Source of the DNA: a virus
Lineage: Duplodnaviria > Heunggongvirae > Uroviricota > Caudoviricetes
Reading direction: 5' to 3' (one strand)
IMG/VR virus record: IMGVR_UViG_3300022468_000772
Coordinates: 86,224 to 150,223 of that record
Length of the DNA: 64,000 nt
Positions 55,532 through 63,194 of the stretch are shown here, piece by piece. A program made the position numbers and the translations under genes. Position 1 is the stretch's first letter. Each line of letters starts with the position of its first letter. The notes under the pieces are model-generated. The model was not told where the DNA came from. It was given only the letters and a program-made list of their open reading frames with translations, and searched no databases.

Positions 55532-55763
55532 GTTTAACTCCGTAAATTGTGGTAATAAGATTATAACACGATTTGATGGTTTGGGTTTGGGCATCATATT
55601 GCTTTTGTGTCAAATAACGCTTCAAACCCATACAGCTATCTTTCAGAACATATGATGGCTGCTTTGCATACATGTCGTTGATCAACAGAAGACCAGCTTT
55701 AACCTTTTCTTCTGCAGGCTTCTTCGATTCGAAAATAAGCCTTAGATCATTCAGCGTAGTCAT
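55509..55763 (-). CDS. hypothetical protein
   Basis: 84-aa ORF. Confidence 0.35.
   Translation of the reverse strand: MTTLNDLRLIFESKKPAEEKVKAGLLLINDMYAKQPSYVLKDSCMGLKRYLTQKQYDAQTQTIKSCYNLITTIYGVKHETDRNT
55539..55570 (-). promoter_or_regulatory. early promoter -10 (partial leader copy)
   Basis: rc: CGTGTTATAATCTTATTACCACAATTTACGGAG. Confidence 0.35.
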
Positions 55764-55984
55764 CAGTAGCCCTTGTTGATATGCTGATCAATAGTTGCGT
55801 ATTGAAGAGCAGAACAGTCGATCCACACAGGCGATGGTCGGCGTGTGATACCAACAGTATTGGGAACCATTTCTTGGATGCGAACATCACCACCCTTTTG
55901 GATTTCAACCACTTCGTAAATGGTTGCTTCGGGGCTGGAGTTGGTTACAACTTGGTCGCCAATTTTGATTTGATTGATTTTCAT
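55763..55984 (-). CDS. hypothetical protein
   Basis: 73-aa ORF. Confidence 0.35.
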   Translation of the reverse strand: MKINQIKIGDQVVTNSSPEATIYEVVEIQKGGDVRIQEMVPNTVGITRRPSPVWIDCSALQYATIDQHINKGY

Positions 55985-56260
55985 TTAAGCCTCCAAAATA
56001 ATTACATCTTCAAAATCGAGAAGTGTTGTGCTTTCTACAAGATCACCGGCATTAAATCCTGATTGAACAAATCTTGAAGCCCACTTAATTTCCAACTGGT
56101 AAATCCAACGTCCCAACGTATTCCATTCATCTTTGTCACGTGAACACATGTGGTAACCGATCACATAACCAATGTGTTCACCGGAGTGAGAAACCACCAT
56201 TGTGCCAAGTTTGAACTTCAGTAGTTGGGCACGAATTTCTGGTGTGAGAGATTGTTTCAT
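55985..56260 (-). CDS. hypothetical protein
   Basis: Start at the M of MKQSL with RBS AAAGGTAGC. Confidence 0.4.
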   Translation of the reverse strand: MKQSLTPEIRAQLLKFKLGTMVVSHSGEHIGYVIGYHMCSRDKDEWNTLGRWIYQLEIKWASRFVQSGFNAGDLVESTTLLDFEDVIILEA

Positions 56261-56270
56261 TTTGCTACCT

Positions 56271-56498
56271 TTAAATGAGTGAATATGTGTAGTTGGTATT
56301 ACCAACTTGATTGTTCCAACTCTCGATAATCATCTTTGCTGCAGAAAACCTTACACTACCGTCATCAGCTACGATAACAGAAGGATGTTGCCGAAATTGA
56401 ATTTGTCGGAATTTTTCAACGCGAGTGACAATTTTTCCATCGAAACACTTAGCGTTGACTTTGTATCCGGCAACTCGTGGCTCACGTTGAATTTTCAT
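56271..56498 (-). CDS. hypothetical protein
   Basis: 75-aa ORF downstream of a promoter copy. Confidence 0.4.
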   Translation of the reverse strand: MKIQREPRVAGYKVNAKCFDGKIVTRVEKFRQIQFRQHPSVIVADDGSVRFSAAKMIIESWNNQVGNTNYTYSLI

Positions 56499-56506
56499 AT
56501 TCAGTA

Positions 56507-56543
56507 CCTCTTTTGTGTTTCGATGGGATGAATTATAACACAG
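56507..56543 (-). promoter_or_regulatory. early promoter plus leader motif (copy)
   Basis: rc: CTGTGTTATAATTCATCCCATCGAAACACAAAAGAGG. Confidence 0.5.
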
Positions 56544-56547
56544 AAAA

Positions 56548-56585
56548 CGGGGGAATTTTCTTTATTTTCGAAAATTCCCCGTTTT
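56548..56585 (-). terminator. rho-independent terminator-like hairpin (bidirectional)
   Basis: GGGGAATTTT / AAAATTCCCC stem around loop CTTTATTTTCG; T-runs on both sides. Confidence 0.5.
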
Positions 56586-56589
56586 ATTT

Positions 56590-57573
56590 TTAAGCTGCCA
56601 GAGCCAGCATGTCTTCCAGCACTTCGGTCTTCAGATCATCACCCTTACCGAAAGAGCTATCCATGAACTTGCGACCAGCATCCACCTTGCGAACACCGTA
56701 GTGGTCTTGGAATTCAGTCACAGCATTCAGCACGTTGTATGCAGTGTTGGGAGCGAATTCTGCACCACGACCACCCTTAAACAGGGACATCAAAGATGCC
56801 ACAGTCTTCACAGCACCCCAAGTTTGGTCTTCGGCTGTCTTGTTCTTGTCGTAGAACTTGTTCACGAAGTATGCGTTAGCATCCATGTCGCTGATTTCGA
56901 CAGTAGCCAGCTTCTTCATGTTGTCAGCAAACTTGCCCCAACCGTCAGAAATCAAGCCCATGTCCAGCTTAACTTGGGTAGCATCCCAAGTGGAGCGGTG
57001 AGTCACTTTCACCAGATTCTTGCTATTTTCACCGATAGCAGCAGTCAGAGTGTTTTGGCACACTGTGCGGGTAGAAACAACCTTGGCGATGGTAGCCAGA
57101 GTACCGTCGATAGAGGTAGCCAACAAAAGTTGACCATTGATGGTATCACCGGAAACAGTCTCGAAACCGTTGCCCAGATCAGCAGTTGCCCAGAAACGGC
57201 GACCACCCATGATGGTACCAGCAGCAGACAGCTTCAAACCATGGATGCCAACCAGATCAGAGAAGAAGTCGATCACTTGAGCAGGCTGAACAATCTTGTA
57301 GTCAGAACCAACCACAGACATTGCTTCGGAACTGTCGGAACGGAACAACACTTTCTTGTCATCCATGGTTTTGGTTTCCAGACCGGCTTGGTACATGACT
57401 TGGCTGGAGAAAACTTCCCAATCCATACCAGCTTCAGTCTTCCACTGATCCAGAGTCATGTCGTCAGACATTGCTTGGCCCAACGAATGCCAAATTTCTT
57501 TGCGACCTTCTTCGCCGCCTGCGAATGCGAACTCTACTTTGCCGTCTTTACGAATAGTCAAATTGTGGGACAT
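56590..57573 (-). CDS. DUF932-family (phage/plasmid-associated) protein
   Basis: N-terminus MSHNLTIRKDGKVEFAFAGGEEGRKEIWHSLGQAM resembles the M-x-H-N-L...PWHGLG start of DUF932/TIGR03299 proteins; about 330 aa as for the family. Confidence 0.4.
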   Translation of the reverse strand: MSHNLTIRKDGKVEFAFAGGEEGRKEIWHSLGQAMSDDMTLDQWKTEAGMDWEVFSSQVMYQAGLETKTMDDKKVLFRSDSSEAMSVVGSDYKIVQPAQVIDFFSDLVGIHGLKLSAAGTIMGGRRFWATADLGNGFETVSGDTINGQLLLATSIDGTLATIAKVVSTRTVCQNTLTAAIGENSKNLVKVTHRSTWDATQVKLDMGLISDGWGKFADNMKKLATVEISDMDANAYFVNKFYDKNKTAEDQTWGAVKTVASLMSLFKGGRGAEFAPNTAYNVLNAVTEFQDHYGVRKVDAGRKFMDSSFGKGDDLKTEVLEDMLALAA

Positions 57574-57580
57574 GATAAAT

Positions 57581-57638
57581 TACCTTTCGATTTAAGTTAA
57601 ATTCTGCATCGTTTGCAGTGATTGAATTATAACACAGT
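57581..57638 (-). promoter_or_regulatory. early promoter plus extended leader (copy)
   Basis: rc: CTGTGTTATAATTCAATCACTGCAAACGATGCAGAATTTAACTTAAATCGAAAGGTA. Confidence 0.45.
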
Positions 57639-57725
57639 TTTTAGCGTTAAACAAAATTATTTTAAAAATCTTTTGTCTCAATCACCGCATCGCTACAGTA
57701 ATCGTATTGTACCACACATTTTTTC

Positions 57726-57926
57726 TTATTTACAAGAATATTCAACAAAATTAACTATAGCAGATGCCAGAAGCATCACAAACCCGAAAATAACTGTGAC
57801 CAAAGCGGGTACAGTCATGATATCACCTCTACTGAATTCGAAAATTTTCATCAGAAAGAATCCACCCCATAGCTCTACAAATGCTGCTACAAAGGACAGA
57901 ATAGCGTATTTCAAATGTTTATTCAT
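57726..57926 (-). CDS. small membrane protein
   Basis: Two hydrophobic helices in 66 aa. Confidence 0.4.
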   Translation of the reverse strand: MNKHLKYAILSFVAAFVELWGGFFLMKIFEFSRGDIMTVPALVTVIFGFVMLLASAIVNFVEYSCK

Positions 57927-58162
57927 AGCGGGTTACACGCATCTTCTGCATCCTGTTTTAAATGTTCAATGATGACCTTTAGACTTTCGATTTGTTTTTC
58001 CAACTGATTCGTAGTGTCACAATATGTTGTAAATTTGACCCACTCACCTTCTCTGTCGTGATTCATCTTTACATCAGCAGATGGATGCTCACTGTCCCAC
58101 CCATATTGCTCATATACAAGATATGCATGTGGATTAAACCGCTGTACCATCATTTTCTCCAA
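57923..58162 (-). CDS. hypothetical protein
   Basis: 79-aa ORF. Confidence 0.4.
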   Translation of the reverse strand: MEKMMVQRFNPHAYLVYEQYGWDSEHPSADVKMNHDREGEWVKFTTYCDTTNQLEKQIESLKVIIEHLKQDAEDACNPL

Positions 58163-58325
58163 AAACAGCCTTTACGACTTCAGCATGCCAAATTACTGCT
58201 TCTTTCTCAAATATTTTACGCAATTTATATCTAAACTCAGGGTCGGTAAAGTCAACGTCTTCTATATTAACATCTTTACTTGTGATTGTCGTTTTAAATC
58301 CAATACCGATGATAGTTAACACCAT
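58134..58325 (-). CDS. hypothetical protein
   Basis: 63-aa ORF. Confidence 0.3.
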   Translation of the reverse strand: MVLTIIGIGFKTTITSKDVNIEDVDFTDPEFRYKLRKIFEKEAVIWHAEVVKAVFGENDGTAV

Positions 58326-58702
58326 AACAAATAGCTTTTGAACTTTTCGTATTGTACCATGAAATCTTTGAATTCTTGAGATTCTCTCACACCTTTTTTG
58401 CTGATCAGGTCATGTACCTCTTTATGTACGTATTCTGGCATGTATTCCATTTTTGAATAATCTTGATACGCTTTCAACACAGTGCGAACAATTTCTGGAG
58501 TGATGGAAGGAGTAACCACCAAACGAAATTCTGGATCATCAGCGAAAAAATATGATGGTGAATCTTTAAAATCGCTTTCCCATTTACACCATACTTCAGT
58601 ATCGCCACTAGCATTCACAAGAACTTCTGTGACAACACCGCGATCTGTGACTATACCATCTTCAACTTGCTCAACTTTATCACCGACTTTGTATTCGCTC
58701 AT
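58316..58702 (-). CDS. hypothetical protein (paralogue of 61495..61872)
   Basis: MSEYKVGDKVEQ...ITPEIVRTVLKAYQD parallels MTTEYSVGDKVAY...ITKEIVEVILKAFVT. Confidence 0.45.
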   Translation of the reverse strand: MSEYKVGDKVEQVEDGIVTDRGVVTEVLVNASGDTEVWCKWESDFKDSPSYFFADDPEFRLVVTPSITPEIVRTVLKAYQDYSKMEYMPEYVHKEVHDLISKKGVRESQEFKDFMVQYEKFKSYLLWC

Positions 58703-58738
58703 GATTTTTCCTTAAAAAGGTTTTGCACACGTTTCATT

Positions 58739-59260
58739 TCAAACCTCGATTTTCGATTGATTAACTTGACGCGCAGACATGCGGTATTTGGCACCGGTAT
58801 CAACATCAGTGACATACCAGCCACGACGACCAACATTTTCATCAAGTTTGTACTTGGAATTGTTGTAGGAAATAACTGTACCAACATTCATTTTCACTTT
58901 GGCTTTCTTGTCTGCGTGATATTCACGAACCTTTTCACGCCACTTCAAAGCATATCCACCCTCACCTTCGAGTTCGCTTGCTTGGCTCAGAAGACTCAGA
59001 GGACAGTCGTAGTGGTATGGGCCAGAAAATTCATCCATAGACTTGTAGCCCCAACCCATGTTGCGACCACCACCCATCATCAGACCCAACCAGATGTATT
59101 TCTTGCCGGTAGCAATGGTTTCCACCAAGCCCCAGAAGTGATTACCCACGACACGACTGTCAACCAGACGATACCCCTCAGAGAAAAACTTATCGCTGCG
59201 GAAACGTGCCACTTGATCAGCACGTTTGAAACCTGTAGACATCGCGAAAGAGTAACCCAT
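58739..59260 (-). CDS. hypothetical protein
   Basis: 173-aa ORF downstream of a promoter copy. Confidence 0.45.
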   Translation of the reverse strand: MGYSFAMSTGFKRADQVARFRSDKFFSEGYRLVDSRVVGNHFWGLVETIATGKKYIWLGLMMGGGRNMGWGYKSMDEFSGPYHYDCPLSLLSQASELEGEGGYALKWREKVREYHADKKAKVKMNVGTVISYNNSKYKLDENVGRRGWYVTDVDTGAKYRMSARQVNQSKIEV

Positions 59261-59268
59261 GTTTATTT

Positions 59269-59302
59269 CCTTTTGAATTTCGATGAATGAATTATAGCAT
59301 AG
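59269..59302 (-). promoter_or_regulatory. early promoter plus leader motif (copy)
   Basis: rc: CTATGCTATAATTCATTCATCGAAATTCAAAAGG. Confidence 0.5.
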
Positions 59303-59642
59303 ATTTTTCTTGATTTATCTTATCTGAGATAAATTTTAAAAAATCGTTGTCATTCAGTTTGTCATTTTTCCTTTGAATTTCGTACAACTCAGTGCCTGTA
59401 AAACCATATTTTATCAATTTCATAAGGATACGCTGGATCGTGCCATTTGAAGATTGAATGTTTAACGTCATGCTTCCAGTGCGATCTAGATAATCCAATT
59501 CATTTTCATCCAACAAGCAACCTAGTGCGCAGTAGCATAATTGATCTTTTTCATAGTTGAACCGGCGATAAAAATATGATACTCTGTTCCCACTCAGGGT
59601 AAGTTCCAAAATTTTCTTGAGTGCTTCGATTTTAGTTGACAT
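59292..59642 (-). CDS. hypothetical protein
   Basis: 116-aa ORF. Confidence 0.4.
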   Translation of the reverse strand: MSTKIEALKKILELTLSGNRVSYFYRRFNYEKDQLCYCALGCLLDENELDYLDRTGSMTLNIQSSNGTIQRILMKLIKYGFTGTELYEIQRKNDKLNDNDFLKFISDKINQEKSML

Positions 59643-60684
59643 TGTTAATTACCTCTTTCATTTGCTTCAAACGTTCTTCGATGGTTCCGGTAAGAATTGT
59701 GTATTCTAACCCAAAATCCTGCAAAACATCACAGTAATAATTATGAACACTCTGACGGAAGTTTTCATCACGGCGTGTTCCATCCTGATCAAATGGGATA
59801 TCTGGAACACAGATAAAGATATGCGCGTAACGATGCATGTCTTGAAAGTTGTATGACCTTAGAAAACGGTCTACACGACCAAATATAACCTCAGAATAAA
59901 CGGAAGTAGTAACCGAACATGTGTCACAGATCACAAAGTCTTTACTCGTGTCATAGGCTCGTTGAGCAGCAATGTATTCCTGTTGGCGTTGAACCTCTGC
60001 AATTTGGCGCATATTTTTGAACACGAGTTTACCATCGGTTTGTTCCCACAATTCGCGACCATATTCAAAGACAGGCACAATATCAAATTTCTTAGAAGCA
60101 CGTTGCACGATGGTTGTCTTTCCAGAAGATTCGCCACCGAGGATCAGAATGCGCGGAATAAAGGTAGCAAACACTTCTGGATGCACCCAATCTTCGATAT
60201 CACGGTAGTTCTTTTCAATCATTTCACGCAGCATTGTACCGGATACTTTGTTCACTTCGCGGTCTTCATCAACCATAGAGAACTGGCATTCTGGAGAAAT
60301 TGTTCCAGCCAACATATAACCATATGACTCAGAAGCAAAAACAACATCAACACCATCACCATCAGGGAAATATTCTCTGATCTTGTCACGGCAGAATTCA
60401 CGATGGATGAATGCCGGTTCGTCATCAAGTGGAATTGAATCAATTTCTGGATTCAATACAACTGCTTCCAGACGCCCAGAATCAATTTCATTCTTGTAAA
60501 TTGTGTCGAGCCAGTATTGGCGTGTCGTGCTGTCACAGCCGAAGAATTCTTCAGATGTGTAGCTCAAAACAAACACTTGTTCGCAGCGTTCCAGTGCAGT
60601 TTCGATCACATATTGATGCCCTTTGTGCAGTGGTGCAAATTTACCAACCACAAAGCCACGTTTGAATTCTTTATTTGTTGTCAT
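59632..60684 (-). CDS. nadR: NadR-like bifunctional NMN adenylyltransferase / ribosylnicotinamide kinase
   Basis: N-terminal (H/T)xGH nucleotidyltransferase motif VGKFAPLHKGHQ; C-terminal Walker A GGESSGKTT as in NadR RNK domains; 350 aa, no HTH. Confidence 0.65.
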   Translation of the reverse strand: MTTNKEFKRGFVVGKFAPLHKGHQYVIETALERCEQVFVLSYTSEEFFGCDSTTRQYWLDTIYKNEIDSGRLEAVVLNPEIDSIPLDDEPAFIHREFCRDKIREYFPDGDGVDVVFASESYGYMLAGTISPECQFSMVDEDREVNKVSGTMLREMIEKNYRDIEDWVHPEVFATFIPRILILGGESSGKTTIVQRASKKFDIVPVFEYGRELWEQTDGKLVFKNMRQIAEVQRQQEYIAAQRAYDTSKDFVICDTCSVTTSVYSEVIFGRVDRFLRSYNFQDMHRYAHIFICVPDIPFDQDGTRRDENFRQSVHNYYCDVLQDFGLEYTILTGTIEERLKQMKEVINNVN

Positions 60685-60687
60685 ATT

Positions 60688-60870
60688 TTAATCACCACGT
60701 TTTAACAGGTTTCGAATCTCATAGATGCGTTGCTCTATTCCTCTGCGAACCATATCAGCTTCAGCACTTCCACCGATAGCATCATTCTGGCGTTCTAGGA
60801 ATTTCAGAGCGCGTTGCATGGCTACTACATGTGTTTTGGTTATTCCGAGTTTCGGTTCAGCAGAGTTCAT
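60688..60870 (-). CDS. hypothetical protein
   Basis: 60-aa ORF downstream of a promoter copy. Confidence 0.3.
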   Translation of the reverse strand: MNSAEPKLGITKTHVVAMQRALKFLERQNDAIGGSAEADMVRRGIEQRIYEIRNLLKRGD

Positions 60871-60876
60871 CTGGTA

Positions 60877-60904
60877 CCTTTACTTCAACTAGATTATACC
60901 ACAG
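60877..60904 (-). promoter_or_regulatory. early promoter -10 (copy)
   Basis: rc: CTGTGGTATAATCTAGTTGAAGTAAAGG. Confidence 0.4.
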
Positions 60905-61475
60905 ATTCCAGTCGTTGAATCTTCCGCCACTGGAAATAAGAGACAATTGCGTTGATCCAGAAGAAACCATACAGGATCGAAGTCAGATACAACTCACGTG
61001 ACCAGAACAAAGGTACGCTGATAGTGTTCACAATCAACCAAATACCCCAAGATTCAATACGCTTGCGCATCAGCATAAATTGACCAACAACACTCATTGT
61101 CAGTACAACAGAGTCTACAAAGGGTGCATAGGCGTCTGTAAACTTGTGCAGGAGCATTCCATAAGCGACAGCAACCAAAATTGCCGATACCAGATACGTC
61201 ACAAGTTGGTCAGATGGTGTATTGGTGATCTTGAGTACACCATTGTCGTTCTTTGCATTCCAGCCGATCCAGCCAATCACGCCTGTGATCAGGAAGAATA
61301 CCTGCAGAGTCGCATCCGCATATAGCTGGTTGTTGAAAAACAACACACCGAACAAAGCAGACGAAACAATACCTGTCCACCAAGTGTGGATGTTATTGCG
61401 ACCAGCCAAAAAGATACACAATGCAGTCATGATGTTGGCTGCAAGTTCGAGGGGTGTCCAAGTAAAAATGTTCAT
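60894..61475 (-). CDS. pnuC: PnuC-like nicotinamide riboside transporter
   Basis: Polytopic membrane protein; LYADATLQVFFLITGVIGWIGW matches the PnuC signature LYA...LQ.FF...YGWY.W; adjacent to nadR as in bacteria. Confidence 0.6.
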   Translation of the reverse strand: MNIFTWTPLELAANIMTALCIFLAGRNNIHTWWTGIVSSALFGVLFFNNQLYADATLQVFFLITGVIGWIGWNAKNDNGVLKITNTPSDQLVTYLVSAILVAVAYGMLLHKFTDAYAPFVDSVVLTMSVVGQFMLMRKRIESWGIWLIVNTISVPLFWSRELYLTSILYGFFWINAIVSYFQWRKIQRLESVV

Positions 61476-61494
61476 GATAAATTTCCTTTTGATT

Positions 61495-61872
61495 TCAGTT
61501 AGTTTCAAATTTAGATTTCAATCGCAGGTATTCTGCATACTCAGGGTCATTATCTCGCTTGATAGTTGCAATAGTTTTTTCAACAACACTATCGGTGATA
61601 AAAGAACTATTATAGCTCATGACAGTGGTAACAAACGCTTTGAGAATCACTTCAACAATTTCTTTGGTGATTTCTGGCTTTACAGCGTGTTCCAGAATAG
61701 ATGCGGATTCATCATCCACTTCAAACCATGTCTCTTCGCCATAATTTATACTTGTCTTTGTATCCCATAACGCCCAAATTTTATGCCTATCGATACGAGT
61801 GACTGTACCTGTATCTATATTGGTAGGCATCTTGTAAGCTACTTTGTCACCTACACTATATTCTGTTGTCAT
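61495..61872 (-). CDS. hypothetical protein (paralogue of 58316..58702)
   Basis: See paralogue entry at 58316..58702. Confidence 0.45.
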   Translation of the reverse strand: MTTEYSVGDKVAYKMPTNIDTGTVTRIDRHKIWALWDTKTSINYGEETWFEVDDESASILEHAVKPEITKEIVEVILKAFVTTVMSYNSSFITDSVVEKTIATIKRDNDPEYAEYLRLKSKFETN

Positions 61873-61873
61873 A

Positions 61874-62092
61874 TCAATCTTTCAAGTTAAATGGAGTTTG
61901 ATCAATAGAAGAAATTGTTTCGTTCACGAATTCCACAGCGATTTCCATGGATTCTGCATCATCTTCGAGTTTATTCACATAAAGACCGGATAAGGTGCTT
62001 TCTGGAATGTAGTAGTAGCCACGACCACGAACCAGACGTTCGGTGCGACCAGACTTCTTCAGGAGTTTGTTAATAGTGGCAAGTGTTCCCAT
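61874..62092 (-). CDS. hypothetical protein
   Basis: Start at the M of MGTLATINK, immediately after a promoter copy at 62093-62110. Confidence 0.35.
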   Translation of the reverse strand: MGTLATINKLLKKSGRTERLVRGRGYYYIPESTLSGLYVNKLEDDAESMEIAVEFVNETISSIDQTPFNLKD

Positions 62093-62110
62093 GATTGAAT
62101 TATACCACAG
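62093..62110 (-). promoter_or_regulatory. early promoter -10 (copy)
   Basis: rc: CTGTGGTATAATTCAATC then ATG. Confidence 0.4.
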
Positions 62111-62351
62111 TTTCGACTTTTTCATAGAATTCAATACCGCGCCAGCCGCCACCAACAAGGGCCATGTCACCATCAATCTTTTTTACGATACCTGTCCAGA
62201 TACCACCATGACCAGTGTGCATGAGATACTTACCATCAACCAATTGTTCAGGTAAGTAACGGCAGACGACTTTTCCGTAAGTTGGGTTATATCCAACCAT
62301 CTTGTCACCACGGATTGCAACGGTATCACCAACTTGGATTTGAGCCATCAT
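62100..62351 (-). CDS. hypothetical protein
   Basis: 83-aa ORF downstream of a promoter copy. Confidence 0.4.
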   Translation of the reverse strand: MMAQIQVGDTVAIRGDKMVGYNPTYGKVVCRYLPEQLVDGKYLMHTGHGGIWTGIVKKIDGDMALVGGGWRGIEFYEKVETVV

Positions 62352-62355
62352 TTTA

Positions 62356-62389
62356 CCTTTTGAATTTCGATAATTGAATTATACCACGG
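62356..62389 (-). promoter_or_regulatory. early promoter plus leader motif (copy)
   Basis: rc: CCGTGGTATAATTCAATTATCGAAATTCAAAAGG. Confidence 0.5.
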
Positions 62390-62390
62390 T

Positions 62391-62903
62391 TTATTCGTCG
62401 CGGTTAATAATTTCAAACATTTTCCAAAACAAAGGAAAATCAGAAGCACGTTTCAATGTTGGCATCATCAGACGCTTCTCTGGAAAGTACGTGCCATAGG
62501 CAAACTTCGGATCGTAGCGTTCAATCGACTTGGTGTTGTCGAAAATATCGCAAATACGAATCTCTAGAACATCGCGAAATTGATCAGAAAGCCACTGTCG
62601 GTCAATAGCTTGACGAGTAGCGCGATTGCCATCTTCTGGCTTTGATGGATTTGTCATGCCTTTGACCATGCGCAACACATCATTACCAAAGGCAGCAATA
62701 TCTTTTTCTGGGCAATTAGTATCTTCCAATACGTCATGCATCCATGCTGCGCAGATTTGATCTTCGGTGCCGCCATTGTCTCGAATCAGTTTTGCAACTG
62801 CAGCGGGATGAACGATGTAAGGTTCACCTGTGTACTTACGTACTTGATGTTGGTGCCAAAATGTGGCGAGTTCACGTGCCCGTTTTATTTTTAGAGTTTT
62901 CAT
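62391..62903 (-). CDS. small alarmone hydrolase (SpoT/Mesh1-like HD-domain (p)ppGpp hydrolase)
   Basis: YIVHPAAVAKLI ... ICAAWMHDVLEDT matches the RelA/SpoT HD motif Y..HP..VA..L...AALLHDVVEDT; 170 aa. Confidence 0.6.
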   Translation of the reverse strand: MKTLKIKRARELATFWHQHQVRKYTGEPYIVHPAAVAKLIRDNGGTEDQICAAWMHDVLEDTNCPEKDIAAFGNDVLRMVKGMTNPSKPEDGNRATRQAIDRQWLSDQFRDVLEIRICDIFDNTKSIERYDPKFAYGTYFPEKRLMMPTLKRASDFPLFWKMFEIINRDE

Positions 62904-62905
62904 AA

Positions 62906-63148
62906 TTAAAGAATTGCGAGAATGTCAGATGGAAGCATATGTGGGTGTGGATTACTATCACACCGGAGAATCCAATTATCAGGTTTGTCCAACGCTACGA
63001 CGATGCGACCTCTCCCAGAAAAAGTTGACACCAACCAATTTTGCTTATACCAATAGAAATGATCCTCAAAACAAACAATTGTGCCATCGCCCAATTTGGT
63101 TTTGACACGTTCACCGAGGCGTAGTGTTTTGATGATGTTTTTGTTCAT
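62906..63148 (-). CDS. hypothetical protein
   Basis: 80-aa ORF downstream of a promoter copy. Confidence 0.4.
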   Translation of the reverse strand: MNKNIIKTLRLGERVKTKLGDGTIVCFEDHFYWYKQNWLVSTFSGRGRIVVALDKPDNWILRCDSNPHPHMLPSDILAIL

Positions 63149-63152
63149 TCTT

Positions 63153-63187
63153 CACCTTTTGAATTTCGATGGATGATTATAGCACAG
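63153..63187 (-). promoter_or_regulatory. early promoter plus leader motif (copy)
   Basis: rc: CTGTGCTATAATCATCCATCGAAATTCAAAAGGTG. Confidence 0.5.
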
Positions 63188-63194
63188 TTTTATT

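Noticed and set aside
56701-57600. 299-aa plus-strand ORF opposite the DUF932 gene
   Set aside because: The minus-strand ORF has family-like N-terminus, promoter and terminator; the plus frame is His/Ser/Leu-rich with no start context.
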